From Diploschistes diacapsis (Eukaryota): a DNA stretch of 37,438 bases. Of the stretch, positions 25,601-35,047 are shown one piece after another; the stretch's first letter is position 1; each line of letters opens with the position of its first letter. A program made the translations under genes and the position numbers. The notes under the pieces were generated by a model. It was not told the origin of the DNA. It did no database searches and saw only the letters and a list, made by a program, of their open reading frames with translations. The stretch spans positions 1 through 37,438 of the forward strand of contig JALAIB010000063.1 in assembly GCA_023645945.1 (NCBI GenBank), in the 5' to 3' direction.

Positions 25601-28472
25601 CAAGATCCCTGGGAAGGCACTCTTTAACACCGCGGTCTCTATCCAAGGCTCTTCCTCGTCGGACAACGTTGAAGGGAACACAATCTCGTTTGAGACTATG
25701 GTGGCGCACGACCCCAGCGAGTATGCCGTCACTGTGAATGTTAATGTCACACCTGGTGACGAGGGTGTGGTCTTCCGATACTGGACCAATGTGCTTTCTG
25801 ACATTCAAGCTGCTGAGCTAGCGGAGACAATGGCTAGCCTCCTCCAATCGATGATTGAAAATCCTAACCAAACGATTGGGGACATGGACAAGAGTCGAGC
25901 TCCAACGCAGATGCCAGTCACACCATCGAACGGTACCTCCGTCGCTGATCTTCGGCCCTTGATCAAGGACTGTGTGCAAGAGGTCATTGAGCATATGTTC
26001 AAATCCGGCTCCTTGATCCAATACAAGCCCAATGAAGCTACCGCGCTGCCCACCATCAAGGTTGACCAGGAAAACAGAAGACGCAATACAATCACCCAAG
26101 CAGAGAACGAGAAGGTCTTGAAGACCATCGCAGCCGAAATTACTGCTGCGCGACCAACTAAAGAGATGGTGAAGGCGAATGAGATAGTGCAAAAGGTGAA
26201 GGAACTCAAGCCTAAAGTCGCGGTTAACGTTGCTGAAAAGAAATTCCTAACCCTATGGAGTGATGCTTTGGATATGACGGAAGACTCGATCGACAGCAAT
26301 GACAGCTTCTTCGAACTCGGTGGAGACTCGATTACCGCGATGGAAATGGTTGGAGCGGCTCGGGAAGCCGGACTCTCCATGACTGTTGCCGATGTGTTCC
26401 AGAATCCAACCTTCGTGGAAATGCTCTCTGTCGTCCGCAGTACTGAGGCGCTGGAGGCCATAAGCAGCGGCGCAGTCAGCTCGAATGCTTCTCGTGAAGT
26501 GATTACTTATGCCGTGGCCAACGAGACATACGAGCCGTTTTCATTGCTCGAAACGGAAGACGTTCCCAGCTTCTTGCAAAACCATGTCTGCTCACAAGTC
26601 AACGTTTTCAAGGGTGGACTTGCCGACGTTATGCCACTCACCGATTTCCAAACCCTGAGCGTTACTGCGTCGCTCTTGGAGTCGAGATGGATGCTGAACT
26701 ACTTCTACCTCGATGGCAGAGGCGAAGTCGATATCAAGAGGTTGAGGCAGAGCGTGTCCAAGTTGACTCAAACTTACGACATCCTTCGCACTGTCTTCAT
26801 CCCGTACGGTGACCGATTCTTACAAGTCGTTCTCCGACAGATGGAGCCGGACTTCAGCGTCGTTGAGACCGAACATAGCTTGGAAGGCTTTACCGCCCAG
26901 CTTCATGAGAAGGACATCAATAACCCTCCCCGCCTTGGGCAGTCTTCGCTTCAATTCATCCTTGCCAAGCTGAAGGATACAGATCGTCATCGCATCCTGA
27001 TCAGGATTCATCATGCCCAATATGATGGTATAGGCCTAGCCAAGATCCTGACAGCTCTGCAAGCAGGCTACAATGGCTTACAGATCGCGTCCGCGCCATC
27101 ATTCTCTCGTTTCGTCAATCATGCCATTGGGAGAAACACCAATGCTCACTACGACTACTGGAAGGGATTGCTTCATGGATCGCTCATGACTGAGGTGGTG
27201 CACCGGCAGAAGCCAAACTACAACCGCGCTTGTGGTGAAACCATCACCCTTGCGGAAGACGTCGTTCTCCCAAGCCTTGCCGCTCACAACATTACCGATG
27301 CAACCGTAATAAAGGCTGCATGGGCCTTGGTTATTGCTGAGCTCACCGCTCAATCAGACGTTACGTTCGGAAATCTGGTCAATGGAAGAGCAGCCCCTAT
27401 TAACGGTGTCGAACATATTATCGGGCCGTGCCTTAACATCATCCCTGTCCGAATCATGTTCCAGCCTTATTGGACCGTTCTCGATCTCCTGCGCAGTGTG
27501 CAAGAGCAACACGTCGCTAGCATGTCCTATGAGAACCTTGGCTTCCGCGAAATTATCAAGCATTGCACAGAATGGCCCAATTGGACCAACTTTACTACCT
27601 GCGTCCAGCATCAAAACATGGGCCAGCACAGCGAGCTCAAGCTTGGAAAGAATGAGTACAAGGTCGGAAATCTTGGATCGAACGAAGATTTCGCCGACTT
27701 CAGTGTTGTCTCCACTCCAAAAGACAGCAATCTGGTGGAAATAAGCCTGATTTATGCGTCAGACGGCCAGATTCCCTCCGACTTTGCCGAGAAGGCGCAC
27801 CGGATGCTCTGCGAAACTGTGACAAACTTCTCCGAACATCCGCATTGGACCCTGCTAAACCCCAAGAAGCTGATTGGTATGCCCTGCCAGATACTGGACG
27901 AGCAGCGCATCTCCGAAGACTCGTCCGTTCTGCACGCCACGGACAACTTGACCGAAGCTCAGCTTCAAATCCTCTTCGACATGGTCGGTCCCGCATGGCA
28001 AGCCGTGTTACCGCGCAAGGAGGACGGCGGGCGTCCCAACTTCAACGTCGACTCCAACTTCTTCGATCTGGGTGGGGACGTCACCGGTCTGGCCCTCATA
28101 TCCGTCAATCTCCAGGGCCAAGGCTTTGCCGTCTCCATCGAGGATCTCCTCGACAACCCAACCATGCGGGACCAGATGGGCCTGATCTCGTTGCAACACT
28201 TCAAGCACCTCGATCGCGCCGACAGACAGTCCATCTCCGGCTCCGACACTTCTACACTGGCGGATGCGGATGAGTTTGCGCAGCGGATGCAGCAGCAGCA
28301 GCGACGTCCTGGCTCGAGCCGCTTGGGTCGGCCGAGGCCGAGTATTGATAATATGTGGAAGAAGAGCATGAATTTTATGGGCAAGTTCATGAAACGTGGG
28401 TCAATGACGATGTTGAATAGGGGGAGCCACGTCGGAGGGGAGTTCGCAGATGGAGACGCAGTAGATGGGTAG
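4624..28472 (+). CDS. NPS4: Multimodular nonribosomal peptide synthetase, NPS4/NRPS4 (fusahexin synthetase)-like, about 7,931 aa. Exons 4624-5211 and 5265-28472. Architecture halfC-A-T-E-C-A-T-C-A-T-E-C-A-T-C-A-T-E-C-T-CT-T*
   Basis: ATG in accATGg context at 4624. A 53-nt phase-0 intron 5212-5264 (GTAAGT..CTAAC..CAG) joins the 4609 ORF to the 7787-aa ORF. There are five A domains (FTSG(T/S)TGxPKG, YGPxE, YKTGDL, SGKL(D/N)R), six GGDS carriers, three E domains (HHLxxDxVSW, EGHGRE, TVGWFTT, FNYLG), five internal C domains and a terminal HHAQYDG CT domain. The symbol is a family assignment from architecture and the adjacent ABC transporter, not proven orthology. Confidence 0.95.
4660..5430 (+). 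other. NRPS N-terminal truncated condensation domain (C-terminal half only, no HHxxxDG); approximate limits
   Basis: NYWNAYLNDVERCHFP and AAWSILLHCYTGLDEVCFGY align with the second half of the post-epimerase C domains in the same protein. Confidence 0.8.
5490..8690 (+). other. NRPS module 1: A1-T1-E1 (D-residue); approximate limits
   Basis: AYMIFTSGTTGEPKG at about 5937; GGDS Ser codon 7236; HHLIIDLVSW at 7773; AEGHGRE. Hand-extracted code DVTLVGCVVK. Confidence 0.9.
8815..11980 (+). other. NRPS module 2: C(DCL-type)-A2-T2 (L-residue); approximate limits
   Basis: SHVVMDG at 9216; FTSGSTGKPKG at about 10599; GGDS Ser 11868. Hand-extracted code DNADAGCINK. Confidence 0.9.
12105..16580 (+). 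other. NRPS module 3: C(LCL-type)-A3-T3-E2 (D-residue); approximate limits
   Basis: HHALYDG at 12465; FTSGTTGKPKG at about 13842; GGDS Ser 15108; HHLVVDVVSW at 15654. Hand-extracted code DAMLVGAVIK. Confidence 0.9.
16690..19885 (+). other. NRPS module 4: C(DCL-type)-A4-T4 (L-residue); approximate limits
   Basis: SHVISDG at 17088; FTSGTTGLPKG at 18468; GGDS Ser 19782. Hand-extracted code DAMLVGAVIK. Confidence 0.9.
20015..24510 (+). other. NRPS module 5: C(LCL-type)-A5-T5-E3 (D-residue); approximate limits
   Basis: HHALYDG at 20382; FTSGSTGKPKG at 21750; GGDS Ser 23037; HHLVVDAVSW at 23589. Hand-extracted code DAMFSGGVFK. Confidence 0.9.
24630..26435 (+). other. NRPS module 6: C(DCL-type)-linker-T6 with no adenylation domain; approximate limits
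   Basis: NHAVIDG at 25035; about 110 aa without any A-domain motif (~25890-26225); intact FFELGGDS, Ser codon 26328. Confidence 0.88.
26625..28190 (+). other. NRPS termination region: terminal condensation-like (CT, cyclising) domain followed by a degenerate T domain; approximate limits
   Basis: IHHAQYDG at 27006 resembles the fungal CT SHAQYDG motif. No thioesterase or reductase domain is present. The last carrier reads FFDLGGDV (Val codon 28080 in place of Ser). Confidence 0.85.
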
Positions 28473-28779
28473 TGTTGCTATATTAGACTTGCACATGGTA
28501 CTATTTTGGTTTTGAATATCACGTGTACATGGGGTTATGAAGCACTTGAACTTTCTATAGATTTGCAGCGGTTTAGTTTGAGTAATAGCTAGTTATGTTT
28601 ATTACTTGTATTTGGTAGCATAGTATATTGAAAACTTAAATGTCCTCGTATCTTACGTCTTCTTTTCCTGCAAGGTGACAACTTATTTCTCTCAATCGCA
28701 ATTGACTGACTGACTCGTATTTCATACAAAGCAAAACCTCCATGATCTTCCTGCATAGTTGGCATACTTCCCCCCCTAT

Positions 28780-30388
28780 CTAGCCCCTCTTCCTCAGTCC
28801 CATGGCACAGCCAAGCGGCTTCCTCAGGAACCCCTCCCTCGTCTCCAGCGAATCCTGCCTCAGCTCCAGATCGAAATTCAACACGACAGTCGCGACGATG
28901 AGCGCGAGCTCCATCTCCGCGACGTTGCCTGCGCCCAGCCACAAGTCAGCTACCCGGCGACAAAGAAAGTGGAATCAAGTTCGTGCAGGGCTTCAACAAC
29001 TCACGGCCGACGCAGGCCCTCGGCCCGTAGCTGAACGGAACAAACGCGTTCCTCTGCCTCTCCGTCAGCCGGCCTTCCTGCCACCTGTCGGGATCGAACT
29101 GCAGCGCATCGGGCCCCCAAATATCCTCGTCGTGGTGGACCGTGTACGACGGCACCGACAGCACCGTGCCCGGCGGGAAGCTCCGGCCCAGCACATCGAC
29201 CGGCCGGCCGGGCGGCACGACCCGCGGCAGGCCGAGCGAGGAGGTGCTGTGGACGCGGAGGGCCTCGCGGATGGCCCGGCCGAGGTAGGGCAGGTCCTTG
29301 ACGAGCCCGTAGCTCGGGATCCCGCGCCCGGGCGCCGCGGCGTCCAGCTCGGCGCGCAGCCGCGCGTACACGCCGGCCGTGCGCGTCGCCCAGAAGAAGA
29401 AGGCGCACGACGTGTTGCTCGTCGTGTCGCTGCCGGCGATCAGCTGCGTCAGCGCCTCCGCCGTCAGCTCCGCCCGCCCCATCGGCTGCCCGTGCTCGTC
29501 CCGGCCCTCCATCAGCCTCGCGAGCAGGTCCCGCCGCGGGGACTTGGTCCCGCTGCTTTCCTGCTCCAGCCGCGCGCCCACCCGCGCGACGGCGATGCCG
29601 GCGAGGTCGTGCACCGCTCGCAGGCCGCGCGAGAAGAACGGGTCCGGGATGTACGCAGCGTAGGGCTTCAGCGCGGGGAGCGAGCCGAGCGTGTTGGAGA
29701 CCTCGCCGCGTCGGTTGAGGACCTGCACGGCGGCAGCGTAGCGCGGCGGGCTGGACGGCGTCTCGCGCACCTCGGCGATGTCGGCGCCCGCGTTGACCAT
29801 GCCGAAGGGGGCGCCGAAGGCGAGGTCCCCGATGATGTCGAAGGCCAGGTAGTTGAACCACTGCAGGCTGTCGATGGCGGCCCAGCGGGAGCCGCGCTGG
29901 GCGGCCGCCTCGCTGAGGCCGTTCCATTGCCGGACCAGGTCCGACAGGTTGCTGCGGACGTACTGCTCGAACTCGCCGACGCTGCGGGCGCTGAAGGTGT
30001 GCGAGACCATCTTGCGCTTGCGCGAGTGCTCGTGCCGGTCCCGCGTGTTGAAGAGGCCGCGCTGGATGGAGACGAAGGCGTCGTAGTATTGCGCTTTCAG
30101 GAAGCCGTTGCCGTGCCCGTAGATGATGGGGATGGCGTCGGGCGAGGCGATGGAAACGTGGTCAGGTTGGATGCGCACGAAGGTGCCGTATTTCTTGTGG
30201 GCGCGGTCGACGGAGAGGTAGCGGCGGCCGAGTCGGGATTGGTAGAGGAGCCAGAGGTTGGAGAATGCTGCTCCAGGCGGACCGGGGATGGATCGGATGC
30301 TCCAGTTCCGTAAATATGGGAGCACATAGTAGAGTATTGGTAGGAACAGGAGCGCCCATGGAGTGAAGAAGAAGTCATGAAGTGCCAT
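28780..30388 (-). CDS. CYP53A: Cytochrome P450 CYP53 family (benzoate 4-monooxygenase, BphA-like), 510 aa. Exons 30388-29005 and 28928-28780
   Basis: CYP53 signatures YGHGNGFLK, YYDAFVSIQRGLFNTRDRHEHSRKRK, EALTQLIAGSDTTSNT, EALRVHSTSSLGLPR and heme motif FSYGPRACVGR. Intron 29004-28929 (GTGAGT..GCTGAC..CAG) restores RNVAEMELALIVA...ETREGFLRKPL...stop. Exon lengths sum to 1533 nt. Confidence 0.95.
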
Positions 30389-30440
30389 AACCAGTCCTTG
30401 TGAGGTACCACTATTTCTAGTTTCTGAATCACTCAAAGAT

Positions 30441-30456
30441 ATCTATCTATCTATCT
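30441..30456. repeat. (ATCT)4 microsatellite upstream of CYP53
   Basis: atctatctatctatct. Confidence 0.85.
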
Positions 30457-30532
30457 AGCTACTTAGCTTTCAATTCCATTATGCACATGTGATATGACAA
30501 AACACCACTTGCCTTCAGAGTGCCCGACTGGA

Positions 30533-30558
30533 TGACGGATAGGCCTTCCTATTCGTCA
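30533..30558. promoter_or_regulatory. 11-bp near-perfect inverted repeat in the CYP53/Vam6 divergent promoter
   Basis: TGACGGATAGG-cctt-CCTATTCGTCA: 10 of 11 positions complementary, the remaining one G:T. Function is not established. Confidence 0.45.
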
Positions 30559-30875
30559 GGCTTTTTCATCAAGGCTCCCTGCATCCACTATAGTGTACAG
30601 CTGATTAACATGGCAATCTTGACTCAGCAGAACACAACTACTTGAATTGATAGTTCTGGCGTAGGTGACGCTTTGTATAGTCAGAAGCCGGGAGGAAGAC
30701 CTGCTGCTCGGAAATCATAGAGTTGTGTAAAGAAATATAGGTAAGAAAGTAACATGGAGTATCTAGTAGTTTTTGGGTCCCCGTACCGTGAACATCAGGC
30801 TGCGGAGGGATGCCAAAGCGACGGTAGGCAAGTTTGACTCTATCAGGTCTTTCTTGCGATCACCCTTGAACGAGA

Positions 30876-33800
30876 ATGCTCTCGGCTTTTACGGCTCGTT
30901 CGATTGTCGAGCTGAAGTCTCGAGACAAGTCCAAGGTCGAATCCATCTTAAGTTATGGTACCTAAGCGCCATGATGATCTCCGCAAGCTGTCGCTAAAAG
31001 CACTGTAGGTGACCGCCTCCTCGTCGGCCTGAATACCGGCAGTCTACGAGTCTACCGCGTCAATGAAGGACCAAACGCAAATGAAAAACCGGTAGATCTT
31101 TTGAGAGAGGAAGAAAAGTTTTCGAAGTATAAGATCGAACAGTTAGCGATCATCAAGGAAGCCGCAACCCTCATCTCTCTCTCGAACGCCTTGGTCTCAA
31201 CACACGATCAATTTACATACAAGCTCCATGACACGCTACCTAAGACTAAAGGTGCCTCGACATTCGCCGTCACTTCGAACATCGTAAATGATCAAGGCAT
31301 CCCGCTGATTGTCTCTCGCCTCGCAGTTGCGGTCAAGAGAAGGCTGTTGCTGTGGACCTGGCAAGATTCAGACCTGATATCAGAGGCGCAAGAGATTACT
31401 TTGATCACGGGTATCAAAACGTTGACATGGGCAACTGGAACGCGGCTCATTGCCGGTTTGACCAGCAGCTACGTTCTCGTCGATGTCGAATTTTCCAATG
31501 TGACAGACATTGTTGGGCCCGGGAGCATAGGAGGGGGCTCTGCTCAAGATACGGGTAGATTTAGCGGGGCGGGTGTTGCCAGCTTAGGATACATGGGCAT
31601 GGGAGGAATGGTTCCGAAACCACTTGCGACGCGGTTGAAGGACGGGGAGCTGTTGCTCGCGAAGGATATCAACACCCACTTTATCGATGCAGAGGGAAAC
31701 GCATTGGGCCGACGCCAGATACCATGGGCAGTGGCACCTGAAGCCATTGGATATTCATACCCTTTCCTACTCTCGCTGAACTCCTCGAAAGGCATGCTTG
31801 AAGTACGGAACCCGGAGACATTGACTCAACTTCAATCTATTTCTCTTCCTCATGCAGTCCAACTCCATGTACCAAACCCACACGTGAGCCTCGCTCATGC
31901 CGGAAAAGGCTTCCTCATAGCGAGCGACCGATGCATATGGCGTATGGATGCTTTGGGTTATGACGAGCAAATTGATGCATTGGTTGAGAAGAGGCGATAC
32001 GATGAAGCCATTAGTCTTCTCAAAATGCTCGAGGATGCATTGCTGACCGATAAGGAGGGTCGTTTAAGAGAGGCCGAGTTACGTAAAGCCCAAGAGTTAT
32101 TCGATTTGCGACAGTACAGAGACTCTATGGACCTATTCACTAAAGCAAGAGCACCTCCAGAACGGGTAATAACCTTATACCCAAAGGCTATCTGTGGGGA
32201 CCTGCACAAAGTGGAGGAAGGTTCAGAGGATGCAGAAGAGAACCCCGTTTCTGATAAAGACGAATCGGACCGACCAAGCTCTCCAACAAAAACAGCCGAT
32301 CGACCTACTTCAAAAGGCCAGAAGGAAGGGGCCAAAGATATAGCGTCCACTCATATTGCGAAAGGCAAAAGCGGCGTACCAGTGTCAGATATGAGCGATA
32401 CGGCAAGTCAGAAAAGTGACGCAATATCTGAAGGACTCCAGCGTCGCCGAGAACTTGGTAAGAAATCCTCCCTTGGCTATCATGATCTGTCTAATTTTCC
32501 GCAGAGGGAAAAGATCTCCAGGCTGCTACTTCGGAGCTTTGCGGATTCTTGGTCAGCGCGAGAACGAAACTCCAGCGGTTCTTGAACTTTGACGGCACGA
32601 TGAAGGAAGAAACGTCGACTGTTGCCAACGGACCTGATGGAGATATTAATGCCGAAGATCTACTGCTTCCTCAACAACACGGAAATGACTCCAGTCTTCA
32701 GAAACGATTACAAGAAGCGGCGAAGCTTGTGGATACTACGCTGTTCCGCGCCTATATGCTTGCTAGACCAAGCATGGCTGGACCCCTGTTCCGACTCCCT
32801 AATTTCTGCGACCCTCTAGTTGTGAGAGAGAAGCTGCAACAGTCGAAGCGGTACAATGACCTAATAGATTTTTTGTATGGCAAACGCCTGCACCGAGAAG
32901 CACTCGAACTCCTGCACTCTATCGCAAAAGACGACGATGACGAAGAGTGCCCTGAGCTCCTCAAGGGCCCGCAAAGAACCGTCACATACCTGCAGAACCT
33001 GGGTCCTGAGTACATAGATCTCATTCTTGAGTTCGTACAATGGCCACTCGAGGAGGACTCCAAGCTCGGAATGGAGGTTTTCACTGCTGATAGTGAAAAT
33101 GCAGAATCACTACCGCGCGACAGGATTCTTTCATTCCTTAAAGGAATCAACTCAAAGCTAGCGATCGATTACCTCGAGCATATTATCAATGAGTTGGACG
33201 ACGATACCCCGGAGTATCACAAAGAGCTTATCGAGGAATACCTGCGGCAACTGAAAGCTGCGGACGGAGATCAGAAGGGTCGTTTGCAGCAAACTCTACT
33301 GAATTTTCTACGGACTAGCAAGCACTACCAATCATGGAAGATCCTGCCGCTACTGGAGCGACACGGTATGGTTGAATAGAACCAAACAATTATGCTAGGC
33401 TAACACTGAACAGATCCCGATGTTTCTGAAGCGCGAGCCATTATCCTAGGAAACATGGGAGAACATCGTCAAGCTCTGGGCATCTATGTATTCGATATGA
33501 ACGATTCTGCAAAGGCAGAAGAGTGAGCTTTTTCTCTTTACTGCACGATTCTCGACTAACACTGGCTACAGGTACTGCAACCAGGTCTTCATGGACAATG
33601 TCAATTCTCCCACCTCCCCATCCTTCAATGTGCGCCGAGCTTCGACCTCGACCGATGACATATCACCATCAATATACAACGTCCTGCTCTCTCTATATCT
33701 TTCACCCCCACCGCCACATAAACCGCAATGGGACCCGGCCATTGACCTGCTCGCTAAGCACGGATCCCGCCTACCAGCTTCATCGACACTTGAACTCATC

Positions 33801-34144
33801 CCAGAGGTTTTAACCGTCAAAAGACTGCAGTCTTATTTCACCGGCCGTATGCGAGCTGCTAATACGGTCGTGAGCGAAGGGCGTATTGTTGCCGCACTGA
33901 GAAAAACCTTGGATGATTCCGAAGAAGCCAAGCTTCGACTTGGAGAACAGTTCATTGGAGGCAATCGAGGGAGAAACAGAAGTGTGCTGATAACCGAGGA
34001 AAGGGTCTGTGGAGTATGCCACAAGAGATTTGGCGGCAGTGCGATCAAGGTACTGCCCAAGTAAGTATCTGCCACACTATAATCCTAAACTACACTAACA
34101 CTTGTAGTAATTCGGTGGTACACTATGCCTGCGCCGTGGGATGA
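30876..34144 (+). CDS. VAM6: Vam6/Vps39 (AvaB), HOPS complex subunit, about 1,008 aa. Exons 30876-30957, 31009-32457, 32505-33365, 33414-33522, 33572-34060, 34108-34144
   Basis: N-terminal CNH-like MLSAFTARSIVELK...GDRLLVGLNTGSLRVYRV, then LVDTTLFRAYMLARP, LIDFLYGKRLHREALELL, and C-terminal ERVCGVCHKRFGGSAIKVLPNNSVVHYAC. Five GT-AG introns keep the frame; exons total 3027 nt. Confidence 0.95.
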
Positions 34145-34322
34145 CAGAGCAATGGTAACATTAGTTGCAGTTCGCGTCAAGGCTAACGGGCTTCTTTGTG
34201 AAGTTGTTGTTTTTTGTGCCTGCTTATGATACCCCACATAGCAAATCTAGCTCTCTCGGTTCTAGCATACCAACGATACGCTTTGGATGAGAACCAACAT
34301 GGCGATGGCACGATGGCAGTAC

Positions 34323-34619
34323 TCAGGTTTCCTCAACAACTTCTTCACCATAGTTCTCTTCCTCTGTGCGCTCGTCCTCCCCTTGGCTCTTGCCTGGTGA
34401 TGCTTTGTCCTCTTCCATCTTCTTGGTAAGGAAGATGTTGATTTCCTCTTGTAGCGCAGTGACTGAAGAGCGAAGAGAGCTTAGGTAATTCACCCTTTCT
34501 TCAGTAGGAGCATCAGCTGTGATCGCGTCCAGCGAATGCCTGAACTCCCAGTTCTCGGTTTCTTTCCCGTTCCGGTAGTGGGCTGCCAAGAAACCGCTCT
34601 TTTGCGGATCTGGTGCCAT
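34323..34619 (-). CDS. GON7: Gon7 family protein (EKC/KEOPS complex subunit), 98 aa
   Basis: YLSSLRSSVTALQEEINIFLTKKMEEDK and acidic tail EEENYGEE are characteristic of filamentous-fungal Gon7. Confidence 0.85.
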   Translation of the reverse strand: MAPDPQKSGFLAAHYRNGKETENWEFRHSLDAITADAPTEERVNYLSSLRSSVTALQEEINIFLTKKMEEDKASPGKSQGEDERTEEENYGEEVVEET

Positions 34620-34892
34620 TGCTGATAATGCTGATGGAAATAAGCGAAGTGATGCTCCAATGTCTAGACGCCGAATTAGACAGTATGCAGTATGTAGTAA
34701 GACGGTGGGTGGTCAGACTTTGAGGACTTAATGGATTCTTTCTCTCCCCTAAGTGTCTTTAAGTGGGGGCGGGGTCACTCTCACAATCGTTATCTAAAGG
34801 CCTAACGGAGATAGTTGGTTCCGAGTGTCGGCAGTCGGCTGTATCGATAGGCTTGTGGCGTAGTTCAGCCGGTTGTGGCGCAGACGCGCGGC

Positions 34893-34910
34893 TACTGTAC
34901 TGTACTGTAC
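34893..34910. repeat. (TACTG)3.6 microsatellite in the Gon7/Bit61 divergent intergenic region
   Basis: tactgtactgtactgtac. Confidence 0.8.
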
Positions 34911-35047
34911 CTGCTGGTCCATATCGCAACCTCAGCGATGAGAGTCTTGTTTATGCGCCCTAAAAATGATACCCAGTGAGCCCAAAGGCTACGGATTGAA
35001 CAGTCCTTTAACCTTATTTGAGTATGGGTGAATGAGCAGCACGGAGA

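Noticed and set aside
5279..28390. Many short ORFs on the other frames and strand within the NRPS
   Set aside because: Expected by chance inside a 23-kb coding exon; none shows a recognisable protein motif.
28802..30313. 503-aa plus-strand ORF antisense to CYP53, plus the 308-aa alternative-frame ORF 29001..29927
   Set aside because: Shadow ORFs. Very high GC and codon bias deplete stop codons, the translations are Arg/Gly/Ala-rich with no recognisable motif, and CYP53 fully explains the region.
28780..30388. CYP53 as a tailoring enzyme or hydroxybenzoyl-starter supplier for the NRPS
   Set aside because: It carries canonical, widely conserved benzoate hydroxylase signatures. The NRPS N-terminal C fragment lacks a catalytic motif and no aryl-CoA ligase is nearby. 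It more likely marks the cluster border; co-expression data could reopen this.
31101..34064. Vam6 split into three ORFs, suggesting a pseudogene or frameshifts
   Set aside because: Every break is explained by a canonical GT-AG intron, and the spliced product is full length.
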